A stretch of 64,000 bases of DNA from Ptychomitrium polyphyllum (taxonomy: Eukaryota). Shown piece by piece: positions 36,174 through 49,900 of the stretch. The DNA is taken from assembly GCA_973851085.1 (NCBI GenBank), contig OZ316775.1:16802001-16866000 (forward strand). The letters run 5' to 3'. Position numbers and translations under genes: made by a program. The notes below the pieces were generated by a model. It made no database searches, was not told the origin of the DNA, and was given only the letters and a program-made list of their open reading frames with translations. Position 1 is the first letter of the stretch, and the number at the start of each line of letters is the position of its first letter.

Positions 36174-39100
36174 GAAGCTACTTCAATGTAATTAGGAAGT
36201 CAAGCTCGGATGGTATTAAAGATTAAAATATCATTTGGTGGATTGGTCAAGTTTTTTTTAAATTTTAAGAGATTTAAAATAAAATCTTTTTATCAATTTA
36301 GAAGGTTTTTGGCTCATAGTTTAATAATGAATGTAGGTTTGGTCATTGGTTTTGATTAACCAAAAATATTTTTTAATGCAACAAAAAGGTCATTCAAACT
36401 TTCATAAGGAATTTTGATACAATGGAATGTAAACCAAATAGACCCTTGATCAATAAACGTGCTATCAAATACTATAAATTGGAAATGAAAACTTGTTTTT
36501 CTATTTAAAATAAATGCCAATAAATACTTTTGGCAATGAAATTTGGAATACTTTTCAATTTGGTAGATTGAATATGTTAGAGCTTTTTTAATAGGAAGAT
36601 GTATGAAAGGAAGTATGATTGAAGAGGATGAGGGTAATGGAGGTGCTATTAGATAGTGGCGTGGTTAATTTATAGCAATTGGAAATGAAGATAGGTAGAG
36701 AGAAAACATGCAAAATTGTGGATATGAATTAAATTACATTGGTGGCAAATTGATAGTAGAATAGTGTTAAGTGGAAGGAAAAAAATAGAAGAGAGGTAAT
36801 ACGTGGTGGAAGTTGGAGAAAGACATGAATTGAGATTGGTAGATCCTAGGAATGAGACAAATAAAAATTGTGGTTTGTAGAAGGTAAATTATTAATAGTA
36901 AAGAAGGGAATAATTGTAGCAAGGCTATGAATAGGCAATTCTTGGATTGGTGGTTATAAGAAATATACAGCTATTGTAGATGTATTTTTAAGAAATTCAT
37001 GCCAAGGAGATATATAAGGTGGTACTGCTTACAAGATTAAGAAAGTTGAAGATTGGATTAAGCCAAAATCGTCATCTTTCATATCCATTGGTTCACAATT
37101 GAATTGATGGTTGTATTACGTTGACAAATTTGTTTCTACTAAAAAGATAGGTCATTATAGAGGTCACAAGGAATATATAGAGGACAATAGCACCCGGTGG
37201 ATTTGGTAGTTTGGCTATATAAGAATACTAAGAAGAATGGAAATTGTCACAAACATACATAAAAGAAGCATTTGAAAAGGTTTTTAGGTTAAAAAAGGCT
37301 AAAAGAAGTTATTTCAGCTTAAAAAACATTTAAGGAAGCAATTTAAGGTTGCTTGAGTTTAAAGCAATGTATTAAAAGCTTTTAAGGCTTGAAATCTTAG
37401 TATATAAGAGTCCAAACTAAAGGCATCCTCAGCTTCAACAAAACATTTTTTGTGTACTTGTTCAAACCTTTTAACTTTATCTTTGTATCTTGTTATAGCT
37501 TTTTATTTCTGATATACTTTAAACATATTTTGTTCTATAGCTTGAAATCTTGAAGCCTTGTTTTGTTGTTATTTTGTCCATAATAATTTGTCGAGATTGT
37601 CAGAAAAAAGTTATTAAAGCTTGGTCTTTCTTGATATAGAGTAGAACAACTTTTTTCTTGAAAGTACTATAATACTTCAGAAGTTGTATATATTTTATTT
37701 AAAGATTGGTATTGTTTCTTAAACCTTCTTTAATTTTGTTTTTTTTGCAATTTCTATTTTGTTTCCATGCCAGAAAATGCAAAAGTCAATATAACTGATT
37801 GAAAAGAAACCAAATTAGATTCCATTATCAATGTTCTTAAAATATTGACAATCAAGACCAAGACTTTATCCAAGTAAAATGACAAACTTTATTTGACTAT
37901 ACATAATAGTCAAGGAATAAAACCACCCTAGTTGCTATTCCCCATCAATTTAAATGCTCTAGAATCTAAATCTGCTGTCGCAACCCTTGTAATGCACCTT
38001 AGCAAGCGTCATGCGCGTCAACCCTATACACCCCCACAATGCACATGGTTAATCCCCATTCTCACTTTCCCAGTCATTCTACCATTTCTTTTAGGACACC
38101 CAATTTACTAGTAGCCAATGGTTAGGTGCGGACTTCCATTCATGTCCAAGGCCTCACTTAATGTTACTCCCATTCCACACGGCCTAACCGCACTTAGTCG
38201 TGTTTTTTCACCACCACTCATGATGCCCAAGTGATCCTAAGATCATCCAAGGCCATCATGGTACCGGCGTAAAGACACCACCCCAATTTAGTGGTAACAA
38301 GCGTACCCTTTTGGACGTGCTAGTTCCCTCTCTGAAATCGGCCATCTTCCGGCTCACAATGGTGTGGAAGTCCCCGTGGTGAAGCTCCAACATTAGCTCC
38401 ACCAACCGGGACTCATCATTGGTCTCTACCGCGACACTAGGAGAGTGGGAAGGGAGACCAGCCCTCCCTTATAGTACTCTTTGTGGGATTCGGCAGGCCC
38501 CCTAGCCCTTTGTAGCTGGCTGAACCCCGACACACCTAAAGTTTTGGAAGACCACCCGATCTGCCTTGGGACTTAGCCGCTGGAAGCCTCTGGGACTTCT
38601 AGCAGACCTTCAGGGAGCCATATGTTCCTCATGCGGTGCCCAAATGTATCAAGCAACCACTTTGTCGTCATCTACTCTTTGTGTAGATGTCGATAGATTC
38701 CTCAAACGTCCGATTTGAGTTAGTATTGTGGGAGATACGCCTCTCCCAAGGTTTAGGACTCTTGGGGAGTCCCTCCCTGGAATGTCCCACTCCAGTACAG
38801 TCACTGTGTAAGGCTGCCACAGTCCAAAACAGCCCCTTGGCAACCCCAACTTTGGAATGCCATAACTTTTAGCTTCCTGGTTCGATTTGGCAATCTTTAG
38901 CATTCTAAAATCAACTCTTCGTGATTCCTCCAATGCCCTTGATCTATCCTTGGTGGCCCTCGGTCTACATGGGCAAGGATGTTTCTCCCCTTTAGGAGTC
39001 CTTCCCACGCTAGGCCCACTCGGTTCTCCTCACTATCAGCGCCACAAATCCCGGACGTTATTCCAAGGTCCCCCTTGTGCCCTTAGTGTTGTGGGCACTC

Positions 39101-39911
39101 TTCAACGAAAGGTGCGCGACACTCACCTCCACCTTAATGGAGTCGATGCCCTCATCAACTATACTTGTAGTCGGCACACCAATTCTAAGATTGCCATCCT
39201 CTAGTGGTACAGCATTGTGTTTCATCCAGGGTACGACCCCCACAATGCATTCATAAGTCTTTGGCAAAGTCTCAAAGGTGTTGTTTAGAAGGTGGTCTGT
39301 TTAGGCACCCTAGACAAAAATCTTAAGCGCCCTAAACTACTCTAGACCTACCTACTTTGAGACCCTCTTGGGATACACTCCCTAGTTAGGCTACACTGCT
39401 GTAACTCCTCCTCTCAAACTAGGCTGGACCTCAATGCTCCACTAAGTTGTCTTGGTTGCAAACCCAAGGTGTCTTTTATTCCACGACTTGATAGCACAAG
39501 TGTAATGCCAAATTCCGTCCAATCTGGATCCCACTATCTCTATTGAGACATGGGTTCATGACTTCCATGCACTAACTTTTGTTAGTTTGTAGGAGTGGCG
39601 CTTTTATGAGCACGCGCCATTACCTTGTCCTTGCCCGGACAAGCCCGAGGCAAGGAGGTTTCATGGTTTTAACCATTCCTCTTCCCAGCCTTGGTCTCCA
39701 TTACTCGGCCTTTCCAACTTGGTTTCACATGTCTATTCCCCCTCTTCTACCAACTTAGCACAAGCACAAGACTAGGACGTCATCTTATACTCTTTTCTTT
39801 GCACACACAAAAGTTGAACTTTATTGCCATAAGCCAAGGAACCAATACATGATGTGAAGAAGTTACTGCTACAAGCCACTCTCCCCCTACTAAAAGAGAT
39901 TGATGTCCTCA

Positions 39912-42900
39912 TCAATGCTGACGTTGTCTTTTGTTGGAGTTCCTATCTCTTTCAAAGCGTTCCACCACTTCATTGGCATTTCCCAAGTCCTTGGCTGTTA
40001 CCCAAATTGCTCCCTTTTCATGGTACCCTCTCCACTTCACCAAATACTCTTTTCCTACTTTCTTGTGGTGCCTACACTTGAGAATTCCTTCTACTTCGTA
40101 TTCCAAGGGGTCGCCCACCAATTCCGGCGGTGCCCGAATCACTTGTTTGCAATTGGGCCATAAGGTATCTTTTTTGAATGGCTTAAGGAGTGAGACATGA
40201 AATGTTGGCTGCACTTTGATTTTGGGTGGTAGCTCCAACTTCTACACATCTTTAAACATCCGCTCCACAATGGAAAACGGCCCCGCAAACTTGGACATGA
40301 ACTTTGGAGTGAGGCCTTTGGGCAAGCTAAAGTTCTTCACATTCAATTATACCTTTTGGCCTACTTCATACTCTACTTCACGTCTTCCGGCATTGACTTG
40401 TTTCTTGTACCGCTTTTGTGCCTGTTCCAACAAAAGCTTGGTCTTTTTCAACATTTGTTCCCGCTTTTTGGCCAAGTCCTCACCATCTTGGTTAAACTCT
40501 AGTGTTGAATGTGCCCCTTCGAGAGCTAAGTCGGCAGGCTGGAGTGGCTCCACTCCATAGGCCACCTTAAATGGCGACTGTTTTGTCGCCGAATGGTTGG
40601 CCGCATTGTAATTGAACTCCGCTAAGCTCACATAATCCGCCCAATCGCACTGGTCCGCACTCACAAAGTTCCTCAAGTATTGGTTCAAGAGTCCATTCAC
40701 TCGTTCCGTTTGCCCATCCGTTTGAGGATGGAAGGCAGTGCTAAATGTCAATTTGGTTCCAACTTTCCTAAAGAAATGTTTCCAAAAAGCACTAGTGAAT
40801 TTTGGATCTCGGTTCAACACAATCACTCTTGGCAACCCGTGATGTTTCCACCATGCATCAAGGAATAACTTTGCGGTTTCATGTGCAGTTACGGTTCCTC
40901 TAGTTGGCACCATGTGCGCCAACTTGCTAAAGCGATCCACCATAAAAAAGATGGCATCATGTCCTTGCAATTCCGGAAGACTTGTGATGAAGTCCATGGA
41001 CACGCTATGCCAAGGACCCGGCGGAATTGGCAAAGGTTGTAGTAGACCGGCTTGCTTTTGGTAAGAGGCTCTATTGAGGTCGCACTTCACACAAGTTTTC
41101 ACAAAGTCGGTGATGTCCGCTTTCATGCCCGGCCAATAGTACCTTCTTGACACCGCCGCTATGGTGGTTTTTTCCCCTCTATGGCCGGCTATGGAACTAT
41201 CATGTTTTTCTTTCAAAACCAACAACCGTAGTTTTTCTTGAGGTACATACACCCGACTTTGTTTGTACTTGAGCAATCCCTTTTCCAACTTAATTTCCTT
41301 AAGTTTCTTACCCTTCTTAAGCTCACCAAGAAGCCTTTGTGCTTCGGAGTCCTTCATGTACCCCTCTCTTATCTTCCTTTCCAAATTGCTTTCTCCCTTG
41401 TACATTACTTGCAGGACTTGGGTTATGCCCATTGCTTGCAACTCCTCCCGCCTACTTAGAGCATCCGGCACTACATTGTCACGCCCCGGCTTGTGGATCA
41501 AATCCACATTCATAAGTGCCAAGGTGTCATGCCACCTCAATTGTTTTGCACTCATTTGTGCTTGCGACTCAAAGTACTTCAAGGACACGTTGTCCGTATA
41601 GACTTTGGTTTTATGTAGGCCCAAGTAGTGCCGCCATGTTTTCAAACAATGCACTACGGCAAAGAGTTCTTTCTCGTGCGTGGGCCATCTCTTTTGGCAC
41701 CCATCCAACTTCTTGCTCTCATAGGCAATTGGCATGCCTTCTTGCATGACCACTCTGCCAATGGCAAAGTCACTTGCATCCGTGTGGACCTCAAAGGGCT
41801 TTTCAAACTCTGGAAACTTCAATACCGGCGGTTGTGACAACTTGTCCTTGAGTTCTTGAAAAGCTTGGTGACAAAATCCATCCCATACTTGGCTAGCTCC
41901 TTTTTTCAACAAGTCGGACAAAGGCCTAGCAATTTTGGAGAAGTTGCGTATGAACCTCCTATAATAATTTGCTAGGCCGAGAAATGATCTCAGCCCCTTT
42001 TGTGTAGAAGGTTGTTTCCACTCTCTAATTGCCTTTATCTTCCTTATGTCTGGCTTGATTCCATCATCCGTCACTATATGGCCCAAGAACTCAATCTCAA
42101 GTTGAGCAAACTCACTCTTTTCTCCGTTGGCATAAAGTTTGTGGTCCCTAAGTTTTTGAAGCACCACTTTGAGGTGCCTTGCATATTCTTCCGCCGACTT
42201 GGAGTACACCAAGATGTCATCAATGTAAACAATGACAAAGTCATCCATCTCTTCTCGAAAGATGGTATTCATGAGGGTCGTGAATGTCGAAGGAACATTA
42301 CACAACCCAAATGGCATCACCAAAAATTCATAGGACCCATACCTAGTGCGGCATGCGATCTTTGGCACGTCTTCATCCGGAATGCGGATTTAATAGTAGC
42401 CCGACTTCAAGTCTATCTGACTAAAGTATTTAGCTCCCGCCAATCTATCAAAGAGGTCATCGATCCGAGGCAAAGGATAGTTGTTCTTGATGGTGGCTTT
42501 ATTCAAGGCTCTATAGTCGACACACATGCGGAGCTTGCCATCCTTTTTGTCCACAAAGAGGATCGGTGCTCCATATGGCGTCTTACTTGGTCTAACATAG
42601 CCTCTTTCCAACAAGTCATTCAATTGCTTCTTCAACTCTTCTAGCTCTTTTTGGTTCAACCGGTATGGAGCCTTTGAAGGGGGCTTTGTTCCCGGTATCA
42701 CTTCAATTTTGTGATCCACTTCTCTTCTTGGCGGTAACTCTGTAGGCAGCTCATTGGTGAGCACATCCTTGTAACCACTTAGTACATTTTGAATGCACTT
42801 GGGAATAGTCCTAACCTCCTTGGCACTTGGCCTATTCCCCTCTTCTTGCTCCATTTGCATCACAACCACAAATTGATTATTCTCTAATTGTTTTAAGGAG

Positions 42901-45630
42901 ACTAAGTTCAACTTTCCTCCCGCAACCATAGGAGTCCTTGTCAACTTCAATATTGCCTCCTTCCCACCACGGCGCACTACTAACCATGTTGGCTTTTGCT
43001 TCACATCCACCACATGAGTTTTGAAAAAGGTATCACCTAAAATGAGGTCTACCTCATCCATTTCACATAGTGTAAGACTTTCCTTCAACTCAAGTGCCCC
43101 ACTACATAAGGCCACATCCATCACCACCTCCTTCGTCTCGTGCGGTTTGCCTTTTGCAAATCGCATGTTGATGGACTTGCTAGCTTTTTAAGCCGACAAG
43201 CCCAACTCCCTTGCTAGCTTGGAACTCATGAAGGAGTGCGTTGCCCTTGTGTCAATCAAACATGAGACATTTTTGCCATTTATTTGGGCCTCAAGATATA
43301 AGAGACTCGACCTTGGCTTAAGGCTACTAGCCTTAGCTACAAATTCACCTTCTAAGATGTGATCCACAACACAAGTGTGACAAGCTTTGATACTGACCAT
43401 TTTATTGGGGCACTCCGCAATGAAGTGATCAATCTTGCCGCACCCGTTTTTGTGCACCTCACTCTGAGGAGTGCCCGGAACACTAAGGGCACAAGGGGGA
43501 CCTTGGAGGTACGTCCGGAATTTGTGCCACCGATAGTGAAGGAAACCGAGTGGGCCTAGCGCGAGAAGGACCCCTGAGGAGGAGAAACATTCTAGCCCAT
43601 GTAGACCAAGGGCCACAAGGAATAGATGGCTGGCATTGGAAGAATCACAAAGAGCTGATTTTAGAATGCTAAAGATTGTCCAAATCGGACAAGGGAGCTA
43701 AAAGTTATGGCATCCCAAAGTTGGAGTTGCTAAGGGGCTGTTCTGGAGTGTGGTAGCCCCACACAGTGACTGTACTGGGGTCGGACAGTCGAGGGAGGGA
43801 CTCCACGGGAGTCCCAAACTTGGGAGAGGCGTATCTCCCACAATACTAACTTAAATTGGAGGTTTGAGAAGTCTATTGGCATCTACGCAAAGAGTAGATG
43901 ATGATAGAGTGGTTGCTTGATTCATTCAAGCACCGGATGAAGAAGTCATGGCTCCCTAAAGGTCCGATGGGAGTCTCGGAGGCTTCCAGCGGCTAAGTTG
44001 CAAGGGAGATCAGGTGGTCTTCCAAAACTTTAGGTGTGCTGGAATTCAGCCAGCTACAAAGGGCCAGGGGGCCTGCCAAATTTCAGAGAGAGTACTATAA
44101 GTGAGGGTTGGTCTCCTTCCCTACTCTCCTAGTGTCCCGATAGAGACCAAGGGTGAGTCCCGGTTGGTGGAGCTAGTGTTGGGGCTTCACCACGGGGACT
44201 CCCACACCATTGTAAGCCGATGGACGGCCGGTTTCACGAAGGGAACTAGCACATTCAAAAGGGTACGCTTGTTACCACTAAGTTGGGGTGGTGTCTTCAC
44301 GCCGGCACCATGATGGCCCGAGGTGATCTTAGGATCATGTGGGCATCATGAGTGGTGGTGAGGAGACACGACTAAGTGCGGTTAGGCCGTGTGGAATGGA
44401 AGTAACACCAAGTGAGGCCTTGGACATGAATGGAAGTTTGCACCTAACCATTGGCTATTAATAAATTGGGTGTCTTCAAGGAAATGGTAGAATGACTGGG
44501 AAAGTGAGAATGGGGATTAACCATGTGCATTGTGGGGGTGTACAGGGTTGACGCGCGTAACGCTTACTTAGGTGCATTACAAGGATTTTGACACCCGTGG
44601 CAACGCTCGTGCTTCACCTTAGCACCCTTATCTCCCGATTCGAATTGTTTTCTCTCATGATGATCCACTTTGTTGTAGGCCCTTCCGTTTACTTGTCCGT
44701 TGTATTTGTTTCCAAAGCCAAATTTCTTGCGTTCTCCGCCACGAGATACATTTCAGCTCAATCCACTTTGTTGAGAGAGACCACTTGATTTTCTTTTGGG
44801 ACCGTCAACTTCAATTCTTTCTGCAATTTTAATGATTCTTGCCAAGTCCTTCGGAAGCTTTGGGAATTTGAACAAGGCGTCCACCACCCACTTTTAGCCC
44901 ATCCAAAAAGATGCATTTTTTTTGAAAACTCATCCATTTTGAATGTGGCATTCATTTGGGCGTTGAAATCTCGCACATAAGTCTTGAGCAATCCGGTGTG
45001 CCTCATTTGCACCAAGTTCATGCCCTCCCTCAACTCTTGGTATTCCGGAGTGAAGCGTTCACTCAAAATCTCTTTAAAACCAACCCAAGACAAAGTCGCC
45101 ATCAACTCCGGCTCTTGTTCTTTTTTACTTGTCCACCATTGAAGAGCATGGTCTTTCAAAAAGGTCACCGCTATTGAAACTTTGTCCACCTCTTCCGGCT
45201 TTTGAACATCATAATAGTTGTTCATTTTCAAAAGAAACTCCTTCACCTTCTTGGGCTTTACATAGCCCAAAAAAAGTGCTGAGCATGTTCACCTTGGTCA
45301 ACTTCTTTGTCAAAGATGAGGACCTGGAACCTTGTGCCATCAAGTGTTCAATCAACCTCTCTTGACAAGTCCTTTTTTCTTTGCCACGCTTGAGTTTTTG
45401 TTTCACACTGTCCATGAACTCAAGCATTTTTATGCAAAAACTTAAGTTAGGGTCTTGACTTTCTAGACCCTTAGGTGGTTCAGGAATCCTAGCTCCTGAG
45501 TACTTTCCACCCTCCAATGCTTCGTCTTGTTGAGTTTCCTCAACTTCCTCGGTGTTTCCAATGTCATTTCCTTGCTCATTGGAATCAAAGGATGGAGCCT
45601 CATTGATCCTTTGATTTCACCCTCGTGCAT
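39912..45630 (-). pseudogene. G2 gag-pol (gag, CCHC, PR, RT, RH, INT, chromodomain) with stops and frameshifts
   Basis: ORFs 43188-43616, 42390-43166, 40347-42368 and 39912-40238 share one frame. Motifs [38 protein letters not shown]...YLVKWRGY. gag fragments lie at 44758-45517; the 5' start is approximate. Confidence 0.92.
43448..44593 (+). mobile_element. G2-family solo LTR (1146 bp) inserted antisense into the host G2 zinc knuckle
   Basis: Reverse complement of the host LTRs. TSD CCCGT at 43443-43447 and 44594-44598. It splits CHG|CGKIDHFIAEC. Confidence 0.93.
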
Positions 45631-46907
45631 GGTTGTTTAGAAGTGCCGGGTTCACCGCCATCACCGGCCTTCTTTTTATCCATAGCCTTCTCACAATGTA
45701 ACACTTGGATATTCAAAGCCTGCTCTGATACCAAATGTTGCAACCCTTGTAATGCATCTTAGCAAGCGTCACGCGCGTCAACCCTGTACACCCCCACAAT
45801 GCACATGGTTAATCCCCATTCTCACTTTCCCAGTCATTCTACCATTTCCTTGAAAACACCCAATTTATTAATAGCCGATGGTTAGGTGCAAACTTCCATT
45901 CATGTCCAAGGCCTCACTTGGTGTTACTTCCATTCCACACGGCCTAACCGCACTTAGTCGTGTCTCCTCACCACCACTCATGATGCCCACATGATCCTAA
46001 GATCACCTCGGGCCATCATGGTGCCGGCGTGAAGACACCACCCCAACTTAGTAGTAACAAGCGTACCCTTTTGAACGTGCTAGTTCCCTCCGTGAAACCG
46101 GCCATCTTCCGGTTCATAATGGTGTGGAAGTCCCCGTGGTGAAGCTCCAACATTAGCTCCACCAACCGGGACTTATTATTGGTCTCTACCGAGACACTAG
46201 GAGAGTGGGGAGGGGGACCAGCCCTCCCTTATAATACTCTCTATGGGATTCGGCAGGCCCCTTGGCCCTCTTTAGCTAGCTGAACCCCGATACACCTAGA
46301 GTTTTGGAAGACCACCCGATTTGCCTTGCGACTTAGCCGCTGGAAGCCTCTAGGACTCCCAGTGGACCTTTAGGGAGCCATATGTTCCTCAGCCGGTGCC
46401 CGAATGTATAAAAGACCACTCTATCGTCATCTACTCTTTGCGTAGATGCCAATAGACTCCTCAAACGTCCAATTTGAGTTAGTATTGTAGGAGATACGCC
46501 TCGTCCAAGTTTGGGACTCCCGGGGAGTCCCTCCTTGGACTGTCCCACTCCAGTACAGTCACGGTGTAGGGCTGCCACACTCCAGGACAACCCCTTGGCA
46601 ACCCCAACTTTGAAATGCCATAACTTTTAGCTCCCTTGTCCGATTTAGGCAATCTTTAGCATTCTAAAATTAGCTCTTTGTGATTCCTCTAATGTCCTTG
46701 ATCTATCCCTTGTGGCCCTCGGTCAACATGGGCAAGGATGTTTCTTCCCCTTAGGGGTCCTTCCCACGCTAGGCCCACTCGGTTTTCCTCACTATCGGCG
46801 CCACAAGTACCGGACGTCACTTCGGAGTCTTCCTTGTGCCCTTAGTGTTGCGGGCACTCCTCAAGGAGAGGTGCGCAACATCTGCTTTAATAAAAGACGC
46901 ACTAATT

Positions 46908-49900
46908 TGTTGGAAATTAGAGTTGCTTGTAGTATTTACGGTGGTGTAAATAGTATTATATTGTGGTAGATATAGAAGGAGAGAAAATGGGGAGAAAAGG
47001 GGGAGAGATGAAAGCCACTTAAGAGGTACATATATGGTACACGGTCAACGTGGTAGGACCAACCCACATGTCTTGCATTGGAAGGCAAGGATAAGTAGGT
47101 GTATGAGTTGGCATAAAGGAACTTGCAAGTGGCTTTGGAAAGCTACTTGCAAGATACTTGAGAAAGACCTTAAAAGATGCTTGAGACGTCACTACGTGGT
47201 AGTATAAGTAAAGGCCTTCGAGAGAAGGCAATATTTCACTCCAAGCATTGTTGGTATTATTTTTTGTGGTTCTATGCTTGTGCAATCTTCTTCTCTACTT
47301 CTAATGACTTCAATAGGTTATGGGCCCACTCATGTGAGTTGCGAGTGTAGAATTTTTTGTTGCAAAGTTGTTTGGAAGAGGTCTTTTGAGAGTTCAAAGT
47401 GCACAAGGATTGATTTTAGAGCTTTAGAGGTGCACAAAGGCTCATTTGGAGTATTGGTGAGCACAAGGGCTGATTTGGAGCCGTGGAGGTGCATTGGAGA
47501 ATTGGAGACGACTTGAAAAGGCACAAAGAGTTGGAAGAGCGGAAGTGGAGCACATCAATGCGTTTGGACCTTGTAAGTGTTCAATCCAAGTGGATGTGTT
47601 CAATTGCTCTTCAAAGGTGCTGATTTGAGTGAATGATGTGCTTAGATGCACATTGGAGTCAGGGTGGAGCTCTTTGATGTTGTTCAAGTCCATATTTGCA
47701 TGTATGAGCAAAGAAGTGTTGCAAAGTGTGAAACATATAAAGTAACCCTAGTTGAAGTATCCTTGTGTAGGCTGAGAGCATGATATGTTGCTAATGGTCA
47801 AAGAGGTGTGAAGAAAGAGACCATAGGAGATATGGAGGCTAGGATTAAAAAAAAGCAACAAGGATTTTGTATGGCGGCTAGGATTAGGGCGGCCGTTAGA
47901 ATTAGGGTGGCGGCTATGGTGGCTAAGGTTAGGGTTAGCCGCCACATGTCACTCATATAATGGAGGCAAATGCATGGCTGCCAAGTGGCACACTTTGGTG
48001 GATGACTATCAAGTATAAGTAAAGGGGTTTTGGAAGTGGGAGTCATCTTGCTCCACACTTCTCTTGTTGCAACTTTGCTTTCTCTCTTCTTGCTTGTTGT
48101 ACTAGCTTTGTTGCATTTCTTCAATAGGTTATGGGCCCACTCACACTTAGTTGTGTCTTCTGAAGTAGCTTGAAGTGTTTTGTTGTTGTTGTTCTTATGT
48201 GGAGCAAGATCACTTCATAGTTTTTCAAGATAGAGTTAGAAACGCCTAACTTTGATGTTTTGCACATGTAGGTGCTTGGTTTGATGTTTCTTGAGCTCTA
48301 GTGGGCTTGTGGTTGTTGAAACTCCTTGGATAGTGAGTTGCTTTGAGTGATGATAAGACCTTGATAGTGTCTTTGTTGGATTCAAGCTCCCTAATACCAT
48401 TTTGTTGTGCTTGGTGTTGTTGTCTTGTGAGTTTATTGATAAATGTGCTTATTGAGTGGACATAGTGAGTTGAAAGGTTTTTCTTGGGACTCATAGTTGT
48501 GAAGACTTGTGAAAAGCATAAGAGTCAAGGAAATAGTTTGTTTGAAGGTACGCTTGTTACCTCACTTTTTAAGGCATGGCTTCGACTGAAGGTGAAGATT
48601 TGAAGGTCATTCAAAAGTTTTATGGTGAGAACTTCTACCAATGGAAGGTTAGGATGGAGCTCTCGTTGGCTTCTTTGGACCTTTGAGACATTATAGATGA
48701 GAAGGAAGTTGCTCCACCATTGTTGGCGGATGCAAAGGAAAACAACGAGTTCCAACGTCATGAGAAGAAGGCTTTTGGCATCCTTGCCACCAACCTTGAT
48801 GATGCCAACTTTGCCCATATCATCTCTTGCAAAGGACCAGCAGAAGAGTGGAAGACGCTTTGCAACATTTATGAAAGCAAGAAACTTCTCTAACATCATC
48901 TTCACAAGGAGGAATTTCTTGAACTGTAAGATGGAAGAACAACACAACCTCATGGCACATATCAACAAGTTGAAGGCCTTTGCAGGGCAACTTGCCATTG
49001 TGGACAAGCCATTGGAGGATTTGGATGTTGTGATTACATTGCTCATGAGCTTGCCGGAGCCCTATAGCTATCTCATAATGGCCTTGGAGTCCATTCCCAT
49101 CAAGGACCTCACCATGGACTATGTGATGGCAAGATTGAGCCATGAGGAGACCAAGAAGAAGGAGAAGGTGAATTCAAGTAATGACTCTGCCCTCTTCTCC
49201 AAGGAAGGCAAGGCCACCTACTCTAATCAACGTCCAAATCTTCGAACGTGCTTTGTGTGAGGAAAACCAAGTCATTTTGCTCGAAATTGCTACAAGGCCA
49301 AGAAAGCAGAGAGGGAGGATGCCAACCATGTGATGGACCACCTTGGAGGTGGTGACTATGCCTTCATGGCAAGCGAGGGGGCGCCTATGGCGGCCCTATC
49401 CAAGTGGATAGTTGATTCGGGCGCTACAAAGCACATGACTCCTTACAAGTACTCATTCCATACTTATGAGGCAATTGCAGCCACTAGTGTGCTCATGGGT
49501 GACAATGGCGTGGTGGAGGCCATTGAAATGGGTTCCATTGTGATGGAGGTTGTTGTCGGAGGCAAGACCAAGAGGATCACCTTCAAGGACGTGCTGCATG
49601 TGCCAAAGATGAAGTCCAACCTCCTTTCGGTGAGCAAACTTGTGATGGGAGGGTTTGTGGCTCATTTCAATGTGAATGGATGTATTGTGAAGTCATTGAG
49701 TGGAGATATTGTTGCCACGGGGTTGAGGGTTGGCAACTTGTACTTCATCAATTGTAAGAAGGTGAATGGAGTGGAGGTGGCGGCTTTTGCTGAGTTCATT
49801 GAAGACCAAGACAAGTTTGGCATATGGCATGGGCGCCTTGGGCACCTTAATGTAAAGGCCATGAAGGAGCTCCAAGGCATGGTAAGCGGCTTGGATCTCG

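Larger units (their letters stand above)
37976..46880 (-). mobile_element. Full-length chromovirus G2 (resembles the abundant moss RLG1-type gypsy), interrupted by a solo LTR
   Basis: LTRs 45736-46880 (5') and 37976-39121 (3'). Perfect TSD TCTGC (37971-37975 / 46881-46885). PBS TGGTATCAGAGC (tRNA-iMet) at 45733-45722. PPT GGTGGAGGTGAG next to 39122. Confidence 0.96.

Noticed and set aside
38649..39008. 119-aa ORF identical at 62929-63288
   Set aside because: Lies inside the G2 LTR and is not intact in the other G2 LTRs; the identity is better explained by DNA-level homogenisation.
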